This document shows positions 16,140 to 35,565 of a stretch of DNA of 64,000 bases, one piece after another (position 1 is the stretch's first letter; each line of letters opens with the position of its first letter). Under the pieces are notes generated by a model that worked only from the letters and a program-made list of their open reading frames with translations, had not been told where the DNA came from and searched no databases. The translations under genes were made by a program, and so were the position numbers. The DNA is taken from the NCBI RefSeq assembly GCF_009914755.1, contig NC_060930.1; one strand, written 5' to 3'. Origin of the DNA: the human T2T-CHM13v2.0 reference genome, Homo sapiens.

Positions 16140-17689
16140 CTACTATGAACATAAAAAATAAAGACATTGTAGAGAAAGTCTAGGTACTCAGATCAACCAA
16201 GCACCCCTCTCCCTCCAGATCTGCTTCAAATCTATCCAGAATAAAATGTAAAAGAAGAAGAAAAAACTACGAAGATTCAATGCATTCATTTAGCCTCTTG
16301 TTGAGCATTTTCCAAGTACCTACAGTAGAAACTGGAGGGTTCATTACTAAGAAGGCCTAATTTGAAGAGGTCTGAGCTAAAATATCTCCCCCACTGGTCT
16401 ACCCGGGCGTGAAATGGACGCCATTCTTTTAGAAGGCTCTTAAGGATGTGTACATTTTAACTTTGATCCACCATAAAACCCTCATTACGGAGAGTAACAC
16501 ACTGCCAGGTGAACTGCATCACTTGAGCATCCTCGTTCTTTGGCTCATGATTTCAGCCAAATGGGCACCGACAGGAGATGAGAGAGGAGGAGGAGGAAGA
16601 AAGAGGTCAGGGTATTTACTCCTCATTCTCTCCCGGCTTTGATGCCAGGACTAGCAATGCCTGTGTTACTCTGTGATTGCTGATAATCACAGTATCTTCA
16701 ATAAGCTCCAATAATAGTTAATATTTCCCCTTCTAGTCGAGGGGTAGTCCTGGCTTCCTCCTATTCCTAGTCCTTGGGGGCATCAACGTGCCTGACTGGA
16801 TCACTGAACTCTGCCCACATCTCTTCGAATTGTCCTTTTATTCGATCATCATGAGTTAAGCCCTTTTGAAGGCAATGCTGTTTTCTGCCAGGACTCGACT
16901 GATGCACAGGGACACATCAGAACAGATGCACAAGGATTATGTCATCTGTAGAAAATGGAGCAGAGACAGGTGTGCGCTCTGCAGGCGTGGGCAGAGCTAA
17001 GACTGGGGAGTGGCATGCGCTTCAGGCGATGGGCCATCACAGTTGATGGGCAGCGTGAGGCCGAAGGACACCGGGGACAAAGTTCTCTTTGCATTCAGTC
17101 CCTTGCACAGTGTTGGATCCCCGTGGACCCTCAATACCTATTAGTTGAATGAAGGAAGGAATCAGCCCCCTACATGGGCACCTAAAAAGGGAGACAGGAG
17201 GGAATGAAAGAGGAGATTGGAATGGAAAAAAGCTTGGCCCAGCTCTTACTTTGACTTTGGGCCAGCCTGAAATGGAACCAGTCACTGATGAAAGGAGGTT
17301 TGTCAAATTCTGAGATGCCACTGCCTTTGCCTTCATGAAGCCTCGATTCTAGCCAAGAGAAGACGGATGAATAAAATACAGTTATAGTCTTTTTCATTAT
17401 TAATATTATTAAATAACTTTTTTTCCTGTTTACATGCCCATGTAAAAAAATTTAGAAAATAGATTAATCATAAAGGAGAAGATGAATATAACTCAGAAGG
17501 AACCTCTGCCATTCTGCATCTGTATTTTCTTATGATTCTTGGAGAATTATACTGTTTGAAACTTTCTTTTAAACTCAAATTATAATATATCATGGAATTT
17601 TTTTGCGTCATTGGCATCTTTTCACCATCTGAGGGTATGGTTATTAATCTTGAAATGATGTATCACACAAAACAAATAATAGGAAAATC

Positions 17690-17900
17690 TAACACTGCTT
17701 GAGCACTTCCTATGTGTGAGTTACCATGCTAACTCCTGTTGCATGTGTTAACTCAGGTTATTCCTCAAAACAATCCTATGAAGTAGGCCTCGTCATTATC
17801 CCCATTTTATATGTAGGAAACTGAGATACAAAGACTTTAAATAACTTGTAAAAGTGAAGGAGCCAGAAGTCAGAGCCAGGGGTTCTGGCTCCAGGGTTGG
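17690..17900 (-). mobile_element. MIR
   Basis: MIR core ATTATCCCCATTTTATATGTAGGAAACTGAG. Confidence 0.7.
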
Positions 17901-18801
17901 AAGCAAGGCTGGCCACAGCATCACGTTGGAAGATTTGCCTCCCACTGCCAGGAAATTGGCTTAGATGTGGAAGGTCTGAGCTTATCGTCTCCTCATATAG
18001 AAGTTAACATAGACCTTGCACAAAGTTGGTGCATGATAAATATTTACTGAATGAGCCCCAGGAGGTTATGAAGAAAGGATAGGCATGTACCATGTTAAGA
18101 TGATGCAGGATGACATGAGACAGCTTTTTGAACTGAACATAGGGTGTACATTTGTTGAACACCCACTTTTATTTTGGATCAAATGACAAATTCCAACCTA
18201 CAAGACTTCTTCTTGATGTCTGCTTGTTCTAGTTCTTAGTCTGTGCATGGATGTTTTCCCAAAAGAGGTGTCAGAACTTTCTTGGAGGTGAGCTGGAGCA
18301 CGGATGGGGGTTTGTGATGAGGGAGGTCTGCTGGAAGGCTCATTCAGCTAATGGCCGAGCATCTGATAAGTTACACTTCACCTTGCTGACTATTTCATCT
18401 GAGAAGACAGAGAACTTAATTTTTACAAGGAAGCAGAAACTGGCTAATGAAAATGATCATGCTTTCTCGGCATTTCTAACAGCCAAGAAAAGAAGTCCTT
18501 GTATGTAGTGCAAAACACCCAGATGTTGTCCTTGGCACCTCCACCCCCCGCCCCCCCATCTCTCACATCCTCTTCCAGGGACACTGAGAACACTGGCTCT
18601 AGCTCCACTTCTTAGACACGTACTGCTCATAGGGCTACATTTTTCTGATGTGCATAAAGGCCACGAAAGGCCAACTGGGGCCCTGCCCACAGCAGTCAGG
18701 CAGCCAGTCCTGGCTGACCTCCTTCTCAACACCCCATGCCCCACCCCTGCTGTCTCGCCCTCTCCATCCCCACGCCCCCTGCCTCAGGTGTCATTACTTA
18801 G

Positions 18802-19602
<801 letters not shown>

Positions 19603-19842
19603 TAGCAGTGTGCAGAATTGACTTTACAAAAACAGGTACCAAATATGGAAGGAGAAGCACAAACCCAAGGGTGTATTGCACAGAATTGAAGGGATCCATA
19701 AGAAATGAGTCAAGGGAGGCCAGAGTCTAAATTAGACTCAAGAGACATGGTAAAGACAAGCAGAATTCTTTCCAGTTGCATCCTGAGCTAGGAGAGTCAG
19801 TAGAAGGAAATATACCACTTGGAGAAGATGAAGCAAGATTAA

Positions 19843-20151
19843 ATTTTTTTTTAATTTTAATTTTTTTTTGAAGACAGGGTCTCACTCTGTTGCCCAGGCT
19901 ACAATGCAGTGGCACAATCTCAGCTCACTGCAGCCTTGACCTCCTGAACTCAAGCTATCCTCCCACCTCAGCTTCCTGAGTAGCTGGGATTACAGGCATG
20001 TGCCACCATGCCAAGCTAAGTTTTGTATTTTTTGTGGAGTTGGGGTTTTGCCATGTTGCCCAGGCTGGTCTTGAACCCCTGAGCTCAAGCGATCTGCCCG
20101 CCTCGGCCTCCCAAAATGCTGGGATTACAAGTGTGAGCCACCACACCTGGC
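19843..20151 (-). mobile_element. AluJ
   Basis: Poly(T) plus reverse Alu. Confidence 0.88.
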
Positions 20152-20319
20152 AGAGGTGAGGCAATGTTAATAAACAATTACGATAAGGCTGAGATTCTGC
20201 TAACAGAATCCAATTTTACTTTGCTATTCTTCATCAAAGAGAGTGGTCTTCAAATTAGGAAGAGAGAAAAGAATTATTTGCTACCAGAATAGTGGACATG
20301 TAGCACACAACCATCTAAT

Positions 20320-20475
20320 GCTCAGCCCTGATTACACATTGGAATCACCCGAGGAGCTTAAAAAATCCCAGGCCACAGAGCAGACCAATTAAATCAGAAC
20401 CTCTAAGGGTGGGACCCAGCCAGCAATAGTTTTCAAATCTCAGGTGATTCCAATGTTCAGCCAAAGTTGTGATTT
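20320..20475. mobile_element. MER5A-like hAT-Charlie fragment
   Basis: CACATTGGAATCACC...AGACCAATTAAATCAGAA...CAGGTGATTCCAATGT internal inverted repeat. Confidence 0.65.
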
Positions 20476-21062
20476 CTAATTTTTAAAAATGGAGCTCTTT
20501 TTCACAGCTCTCTGAGGCCATGACCTGGTACAGTAGGAGGAAGCAGGCAGTTAGGAAGCCAGCACACTGCCTTGAACCCGTTTTGCTTACTGGTGGGAGA
20601 TGGCAAGTTGCTTCTCTCCAGGTCTGTTTCCTCAGCTGTGAAATAAGGGATTAGGCAATGAGATGGCTTCGAAACCTTTCAAGTCCATTCCAGAAGGCGG
20701 CAGCCTCCCTGAGATGTGAGAGGCGCTTCGCTGCTCTAGTCCTGTTGGCTGAAGGCGATGCTACAAGGGTAGGTTCCCTGCCAGAGCTGCACCAATAGGG
20801 GTGTGGGTTCCACACAGACCCACTAGCACTGGGTGTGTGCGTGTGTTTAACTTTCATTAATTTAATGAGCATGTATCCATCATGTTATTTATATTGCATT
20901 TCCTGAATTGTTACAGAGGCTGTGCATTCTTCCACATAATGAGTTGAGCATTTTGTATTTTTCCTTGGCTGTAAATATTAAATAGTTCATTTCCTTTGAT
21001 TCCTTCCTAAGTGGATTTTTGGTAACTAATACTGTGCTTTTCAAATTATGTTCTCTAAAATG

Positions 21063-21481
21063 TGTGATGGTTAATTCTATGGGTCAACTTGCTTAGACCA
21101 TGGTACTTGTTCTGGTCAAACATCAGTCTAAATGTTACTGTGACGATATTTTTTAAAAATGTGGTTAACATTTAGATCAGCGGACTTTAAGTAAAGCAGA
21201 TAGCCTCCATCATGTGGGGAGCCCCCATCCAGTCAGTTGTGGGCCTTCAGAGAAAAGACTAAGGTTTCTCGAAGAAGAAGGAGGAATTTGCTTCCAGACT
21301 GCCTTCCTACTCAAGATGGCAACATGCCAGCTTCTGCCAGAACTTCCAGCCTGCTGGTCTGCCCTGCAGATCTCAGACTTGGCAGCCCCCACAAATGTGT
21401 GATCCAGACAGAGAAAGGCATAAGGATGTGGATGTGGACAGCCTACTGGTTCTCTTCCTCTGGAGACCCCTGACTGATACA
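21063..21481 (+). mobile_element. MLT2 (ERVL) solo LTR
   Basis: TGTGATGGTTAATT..GTCAACTTG start and CCCTGACTGATACA end. Confidence 0.8.
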
Positions 21482-22794
21482 GTGCGAACACTCCTTGACC
21501 TCTGAGGCCTGCACATCTGAGGGAGATCTGAGCTGCTGCCTGCAGCCAAAGGGCTGCCAGGGCTGTCTAGGATGGGGGTACCAGCCCAGCTTTGACCTAT
21601 CAGCTTCTGTCAGGTCTCAGGGTATTTGATCAAGCTGTCTTCTTGCCACCATTACTGACTTCTGTTCCCACCAACTTGGTGGGCCCCTAACACACAGACA
21701 GCCCTGGCCTGCTACTGCCTTGCCACAGAGTAAAAAGAACACATCAAGAATATGTTTGTCTAACTGCTTCTTAGATAAAATCTCAGCCTATCATCCAAGT
21801 TGCGGGCTTAAAAAAAAAATCTCAGCCTAGATCATCCCTTTTTTTTCCTTGTACATATATGTCTGAATTCCTATGCCTGGGAATACCATATGCCTCCCAC
21901 TTGAAGACACCGGGTTACTTTATTTTTTTTAATTTAAAGCTCTGAATTTTGTCTACCTGTTCTCTTTATTAGAATTCTCAGATTGTATTATTCCCATTTC
22001 TTATAGAACGTACTACTTTCTAACTTGTAGATATCTATTTGACCCTAATGCCAACATTTTAGACTCTTGTTAAATGCCTTTTGAGTGAAATCCCCATAGC
22101 CAATTAAATGTCTCAGCTGCCTAAAAACAAAAACAAAACAAACAAACAAAAACAGGTGTTTGTCAAGGGGACAGCCTGCAATGCATTTCAGAATGTGAAA
22201 TTGCGGACGGAACATCTCTACCTCGCTTCACCTCCTGCCCTCTCGCCTGGGGAGTGGAGCAGAGACCAGGCCTTCAACAGGGGTGAGTCAAGACTCACGA
22301 GGTCTTCTCAATGCTATCACCGCAATCCCAAGAGCCACCACTGCTTGTCTGAGGTTAGATTTATTTGATGAGGCAGCTTACAGTATTGGAAGGAGTGCAG
22401 ACTTGGCATCAGTCAGACTTCAGTGTGAATCCCAGGGGAGCCACAAACTAGCTGTTAACCTTGGGCAGGTTACCTGATCTTTCTGTGTCTCAGTTTCCTA
22501 TAAGATGGGGGGAATAATACTAACTTTACTGGCGTGCTGTAAGAATTAAGCAAGAAAATGTTAATTTGAACCACAGGAAATGGCTGACATTCAACTGTTT
22601 GTGACGTACAAAAACATTTTCACCTGGTTCAACCTGAGTTTTATGTCCATCAATATAACTTTCTTTTGTTTTCTGATGGCGAGAGGAAAGCACCAGAAGT
22701 GGAAACATGGGGTCTGTGGGAGCTCTGTGGATATGTTATGTGACCATGGCACAAGTTTGTGTACCCTTTTGGGCCTTGCTCTTTTCACCTTTAA

Positions 22795-23149
<355 letters not shown>

Positions 23150-23199
23150 CTTCTGCAAAATTTTTAATTTTTGCATTCTACAAAAGTGGTCTGATTAAG

Positions 23200-25200
23200 G
23201 TCTGTCTCCCCCACTAGACTGTCAGCACTTCAAGGGGAGGAGCAGGTCTATTTTGCTTACCATTGCCTCCCAAGCCATGGGCACAGTGCCTGGAGTATAG
23301 TGCCCTCAATACATATTTGTTGAATGAATGAATGAAGTACAGGAAATAGCAAGAGTCAGGATTCACTCATTTATTCATGCCCAACACTTCATGAACATTC
23401 ACCATTGTTCTTGATTGTGGGGAAACAAGGATAAATGCGCCCTCAAGGGACCCATAGTCTAGAAGCAGAGAAAAATGAGATAAAAAAGGCAATGCTGAGT
23501 GATTAGTCCTTGGAGAGAAGGGTGGTGGAGAGCTGCAGAAGCTCAGAAGTAAGCCACCTAATTGAGACTTGAGAGGCAGGGGGTGAGGGAAGGCCAAGGA
23601 AGGCTTCTCAGAGGAGGTGACACCTCTGCTAAATATTGGAGGAAGAAAAAAAATGGGTCAGAGAAATAAGAAAGAGAATGGTGTTGTGAGCATGGGAGCA
23701 GCAGGTGCAGAGGCCTTAGGAGACTGCAAGGAGCAGGGGCAGGTCGTAATCAGCAGGGAGACAAAAGACCAGGAAGCACAAAGTGGGGACTCGAACGTTC
23801 AAGCAAACTTTCTGGGGAGCAGAGGGACAAGATGAAGAGAGCACTACTAACTTAAGAGAAAATCAAATTTCAAGGCGTTGAGGGTGATCAGAGATCCAGT
23901 CCATAATCCCACAGCTTTCTCTTTGTCATGCAAGACAGGGATTTGACAGCAACTCCTCATGCCACATTGTTGCCGCCCCTGGCCTCTCTTCATCCTTTGA
24001 ACCCTCCAAAGTCCCTCCTACCCTAAAACTCTCCTGTCTTCCTCTCTCGCCTTCATCCCATCTCAGTCTTTCAGTTCACACCAAGTTTCTTGTAAATACT
24101 GTCTATATTCACTCCATTTTCTCTTCTACTCTCCTCAACCCTCTGACATCTGTCTCTTCTTGGAATGATCATTAATGACACAAAACTACCATATCTAGGG
24201 CTCACTTCTCAGTCCTCTACCTAGTTGATTTTGACCTTGGAGTGATCTGACCCTATTGACCACTCCCTCCTTCTTAAAACCCTTGACACCTTGCTAGAAC
24301 ACCTTCCTAGTCGGAAGGTCTCTGATGGCACAGCCTGCATCTCATTTTGTGACTGGTGAAGAGCTCATTGCCCAGTGTAGTGCCTGCCCTGTAATAAGCA
24401 CTTGATAACTGTTGAAAAAATGGGCCTCTTAACATCCTCAACACCTCTGTGTTCCAGCTCTATACCCATTTCTCTGATCACTCATTTCCAGCTCTACATT
24501 GAGTCCCCTTCCTTTATCTTCTCCTTAAATGCTGCTCTTCCCCAAGGTCTGTCCTTGATCTGGTCCTTATTTCATGCCACATGCTGTCTCTGGCCACCTC
24601 ATCCATTGCCACCTATGGGGACTCCCTTTAAATCTAATTCTCTAGGCCCAGTTTCCTTCTTGAGCTGCAGACTTATATCCCTTCCTGCTGACTGGACAGC
24701 TGTCTCTGGGTATCTTGCAAGCACATCTAGGTCCATATGTTCATACCAAACTCATCACCTTCACCCCCAAACCTAATCCTCCACCTGCTCTCCTTCCTGG
24801 CATCACCATCTACTCAGTCGTACAATCCAAAGACCTGCCGAACATTCACCCTAAACTTCTCTCTCACCCTGAAGCCAATCAGATTCTGACCATTCTAGCT
24901 CCTTGAAAGCTCTCATATTCATTCCTCCCCCATCCCCATCCTGTTCATTCCACTATGAATGAGCTTTGCACCAGCTCTTACCTGGCCTCAGACTCTGGTC
25001 ATAGACTCTGGATTACTTTCTCTGTTTCCCCTCTATCCCCCTTCCTGGTGTTCCATCATGCTGCTGAGCAAGCAAGCATCGTCTCTCTGAAATGGAAATC
25101 TGCTGAGACCATTCAGCTCCTCTTCACCTTCAGAATAAACGTGAATTCTTTAGCACGACAAAGAATGCATGATAATGTACTTCCAGCTTCTGGTAGAATC
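23200..25200. mobile_element. Cluster of degenerate L2 fragments
   Basis: L2 3' termini (TATTTGTTGAATGAATGAATGAA; CATTTATTCA) and pyrimidine-rich L2 ORF2-like body. Confidence 0.55.
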
Positions 25201-25314
25201 AGTTTGCCCTCCCACAGCCTGAGCTGGCATGGTCCAGGGGCCCATAGTGTAGACAAGTTATGTTTCCATTCTTCCAGGGAAGAGAGGAGGAGAGGACCGG
25301 CAGTAAGTTTTGGG

Positions 25315-25705
<391 letters not shown>

Positions 25706-26614
25706 TGAAGATGGGTCCTATCTGGATGTGCCTCCCATGGAGATTCTGGGAAAACATGAATTATTTCCTGGAGTGGAGACTAGAGTGAGGCAGGTAAGGT
25801 GCATAGGGAGTAAAATGTAAAGAGCCAGTCACTCTCTGGGGCATGTAAGCACCTCCTTCAGTTTTGCACCCTAGGCACCTCACTAGATTCACCCCCTGGT
25901 GTGCCCATGTTTACCTAAGCTATTTTATTAGCATGACCATGTAAAGAAGCCTGGATACAAATTACCAGCAGCTTATGGATTTGGAGTCTGGATGAAATTA
26001 AGTAAGCCCTTTAAAAGTTTAGGCTACATAAAAATGAAGTTTAACCTGGCTGGTGGGGTATAAGTTGGGTTGACGTAACATTCTGGAAAGAAATTTGCCC
26101 GCATATATCTGGAGCTTTCAATGTTCTTGTGCCATTTGATCCAGAACACTTCCAGGAGTCTAACCTGATTAATTATGTATGTGAACAACTCTTCTTATAT
26201 ACAAAGATGTAAATACAGAAGATTTGTAATAACAAAGAGGAAGCAACCAAATGTCTGTAAATAGAGGAAAACACTTAAATGGTGGCACACTGTGCATTAA
26301 TTTACATATTTGCATTATTATGCAGCCAATCAAATGATAATTCTATTGACTTTTCAAATAAGTGAACATGCAGACTATATGCATGGCATAATTCCAAACT
26401 ACTTAGTATTCAGTATATGCTTACCAAAAAAGACAAGAAGAAAATACACAAAAATGTTAACAAGGTTACTTCTGGGCTTGGAGATTATGGGTAATTCTTG
26501 GGTGTTTTTAAAATTTTTTTCTCTTTTTTTGGTAAATTTAAATAATAGTTATATGTGTCTTTCATAACTAAAGAAATGAAAGCTTTTAAAAGTAAAATTA
26601 CAAAGAAATTTTAT

Positions 26615-29090
<2,476 letters not shown>

Positions 29091-30470
29091 AATGTTTTAA
29101 ATAAATTATTTAAAAGAAAGTCTATTTCACTCTCTTAGACTTCTTAATCACCGATATTTGCAAATAGGTTGCCACTCTAACTCTGGCTTGGGAAAAGTTT
29201 TTGATGAAGACCAACAGAGTTTGTTGTCGTTGTTGTTGCTTTTAATCCCTATAAGCACATTTGGATCAAATAATCTCTACGGCTGCACCACTCCACAAGT
29301 TCCAGTGTTTGCCCAAGCAACTTCTGACTCTGATGGTAATAGGGCACAGTGGCCTCCCTTAGCACCCCAGGGCTCACCATGACCACTGGATATTTCAGCT
29401 CCTAGTTTTGTGATGTTGTTAAGAACAGCTTGAAACAAATGCTGTGAGCTACAGCTGGCTGTTTGGGAGCCCATGTGATGAGGGCTCCCTCCAGCCCCAG
29501 AGGGAGGACACTGAGGTGCTAGACACAGCCCTCCTCCTAACCCCAAACTCCCAAAAGCTAGATTTCTTTTCATATTCACTGATCTCTCAGACTCTATTTA
29601 TATTTACACTCAAAAGAAAGGTGAAGTTCAATTTGAAGCTAAGGCTAAGAAAGGACCAAGAATCAACAACGCCCTACTGTCTCCATTTCCTCATCAGTAC
29701 AGAGAGCACTGGATTAGGTTGTCTCCAAGTCTCCTGTATTATTGACTGATGCCGGGCAAGCAGGTGTGCATCCCAGATAGACATTGCCAGTGCTGCCGTC
29801 AGAATGGCCCAGGTGAGGCCGAGTGCTAAGGGGCTGGTGGGGAACCTGGTTTCCTGTGTAAGCTCCCTCTGCAAGTGCTGGCAGACAGGGCACCATGCAC
29901 CTTTGGTGTTGACCACAGGCAAGCACTTGCCTGCAGGTGGCTCCGTCCCTGGCCCTCCCAATTTATAGGTAGGGAACCATCTAATAATGATCCTTCTAGT
30001 CACACAGCTTGGAGAAAGCTGCTTTCTTTTAAAATATTAAAAAATGATTCACAAATCTAACAGAAATAATTAGAGCAGAATCATTCTCATGAAATACAGG
30101 TCCCATTGGTAATTTGAGAATTCACAGAGTTGTTCTAACCCTAGGACACAGACAGCAAACAATTGTCCTTGATATTTTTTTAAAATGTGCATATATTCTA
30201 TTTTCCAGAATCTACCTTTCACCCAGGACAATTCATAAGGAATTTTAAAAATGCACTGATAAAATGATCTAATCTAGCATCATTTTAAAAGAAAACATAA
30301 TTCTAACTTTCTAAAAGGGGAGCAGCAGGAGAACAAAGGGAAGGGGAAGAAAAAGGCATCCACACAAAACACCATACGCTGGAAATGATGCTCAGTTTCT
30401 AGAAGAACACTGTAAGCTCACTTTGTGCATCCTCTTTTCCTAAATCCTCTATCCCTAAATGTCCACTCAC

Positions 30471-30592
30471 CTGCCTTTCTTAGACATCTCGTGGACTTCT
30501 CTTCCGGGCCAGTGCACTCTGCTTTCAGTGGCCAAAACCCATCCCCACCACAAAAGAAAGATGCCAAATCTCATATTTGGGACAGCCAACAT
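30471..30592 (-). CDS. GABRR1: GABRR1 coding exon 1 (signal peptide; MLAVPNMRFGIFLLWWGWVLATESRVHWPGREVHEMSKKG+AG)
   Basis: Manual reverse-strand translation from ATG at 30592 matches the rho1 N-terminus; donor AG|GTGAGT at 30471/30470; 122 nt, phase 2. Not in the ORF track. Confidence 0.97.
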
Positions 30593-31300
30593 GGGTTTCC
30601 AAATTCAAACAGCTCTCTCCAGAAACAGCAAAAAGGAAAAGATTGTTCTTTTTCTCTCTTAAGACATTATTGGTCTGTTCATTATTAGAAGGATGTTTAC
30701 TCATGCAAAAAAAAATCAACCCACAGGATGCAATCTGGAGAGCAGGAGAAAGCAATTTCCACTAAACCTATAAATCCTCCTACGTCAGATGTCAGGGATT
30801 TTCTGAACTGAGGTTGAATTCCTGTGTCCCAGTGGAACAATTATTTTAGCCGGTCTAAATTAGTTCATCGTCAAATGCAGTAAAAATGTTGGTAAAAGTC
30901 TTATTTTCTGGTGCGTCGAATAAAAGGAAGTAAAAATGGACCAAAGCAATTTCCAAAAGGAGTAAGGCCAGAGGTTCGGAACTGCTTTCTATGTTCACGT
31001 TAATGAGCTCCTCCCTGGATCTATTTTAAGCTTACGGCCATTATTATTTGCTTTAGCTGAGGGCTGGATTTGGACAGCTTCCTGCCCCCACTTCCTGTGG
31101 CTGAATCCCTGAAACCCCAGAGCTCGGTACCTGCGTGGGCTGTCTATATGGCTGAGATTGGGAGGGCAACTGGGGAAGAGGTTTTTTTGTCTTTGTTTGG
31201 CGCAGAAACAAGTAAATTTCCTTGTCAGTTGCATTGTTCTTATCATGAACCTTGCTGCACTGTCCACATTTGAAAAATACCAGTAATAAATTAACTGTAG
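30593..31300 (-). promoter_or_regulatory. GABRR1: GABRR1 5'UTR / proximal promoter region (TSS not determinable)
   Basis: Unique non-repeat sequence directly upstream of the ATG; not a CpG island; CRE-like TGACGTAG at 30780-30787. Confidence 0.55.
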
Positions 31301-31329
31301 CCTCAAGTCTGTGTTATTTGTAGACAGTT

Positions 31330-33873
<2,544 letters not shown>

Positions 33874-33995
33874 AGGATGTAGAAGGGAGTTGTAAAGAGG
33901 CCTGAGAGAACCAGTTAGGGCCAGCATCAGAGCATATTAAGGATCCAGACTGACTTACTGAACTATAACACTTCCAGACCAAGTTTTAAAAATGC

Positions 33996-34287
<292 letters not shown>

Positions 34288-34649
34288 AAAAACACTATTT
34301 TTTGACAAAACTCTTCTTTTCCTTTATTGAGTATGCCAGCCTTCTCTCTCTTCTCACTCTCCTTTTTATTCCTCAGCCATCATGGCCTTCCCTACAGCAA
34401 TGCAGGGTCTCCAGGGCAATAATTTCTTCAGCAGAAGAGGGACCAGGCAATGCTTAACTCCAGCTTACCTTCTCATGGCCATCAAAAGTCTCCCTGCCCC
34501 AAGCCCTCAGAGCCAACCCAACACCACACACAAGGCACTCACTGACTGATGGGTGAACGGCAGGCAGCACACCCCAGCTGCTCCCAAACAGTGGCTGCAG
34601 GTGCTCATCAGCTGTTTCCACGTGCTCCCTGCAGCACATTTTCTAGCCA

Positions 34650-34952
34650 CAGTCAGCCCTCTGCATCCGTGGGTTTTACATCTGTAGATTCAACCAAGTG
34701 CAGATCAAAAATATCTGGGGATAGAAAAACAAAGAACACAAATTCAAAAAACTAATGTAGTATAACAACTACTTGCTAGTATTTACATTGTATTAGATAT
34801 TAGAAGTAATCTGAGATGATTTAAAGTATACAGGAGAATGTGTGTAGGTTATATGCAAATACTACCCCATTTTATGAAGGGACTTAAGCATCCATGGATT
34901 TTGGAATCCTTGGGGTCCTGGAACCAATCCCCTTGGTACCGAGGGATGACTG
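34650..34952 (-). mobile_element. MER2 (TcMar-Tigger) MITE
   Basis: TIRs CAGTCAGCCCTC / GAGGGATGACTG with TA at the right end; CCTGGAACCAATCCCC motif. Confidence 0.8.
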
Positions 34953-35169
34953 TACACGTGCACCAATTTGGCTCTGAGCTCAATGCCTAAACATAATCTC
35001 CCAGCATTGGACTGGCCCTTTCCAGGTAGGGGATAAGGGACAAATAAAAAGGCAAAGGAAAGGAATTTGATGAAACAATGACCCGAAGAGCCATTTTTCA
35101 GTTCCTGATGCAGCTGCTTCTTTACTCACTATATCGTCAAGCCTACTATTTAAGCTGCTGCTGTAATCG

Positions 35170-35565
35170 AGCCATGGAAAGATCAATAAAAAGAATAGCA
35201 TTTCTTTGTCATGGAACAGCTTAGAGGTGAGTGGTCCAGACTGAAGGGAATCTGCTCCAGGACGAAGTGCCTTTCGTCTTGTTGCCCTTTCTCAGGGTAT
35301 GGTCTTTGTGTACCTGGTTAAAGTTGGGCTGCCAGTAGGCAGAGAAGACATGAAAAGCAAGCAATTTCTGTTTAGGCAAGTGACATAGGAGCTGCACTCA
35401 TCACTTCAATTCACATTTCACTGGCAAGAAACTTGGCCTGATAGTCACTCCTAACTGTAAGGAGTCCAAGAAATGTGGTCTCTCAATGAGTCATCTTATA
35501 CCTAGCTAAAATTATATCATGATGAAAACAAAAAATAAATTTGGGGGAACAGTCAGCAATGTGCT
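35170..35565 (-). mobile_element. MLT1 (MaLR) LTR fragment
   Basis: CATCACTTC..TCACATT.CACTGGCAAGAA and CCTAACTGTAAGGAG motifs. Confidence 0.55.
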
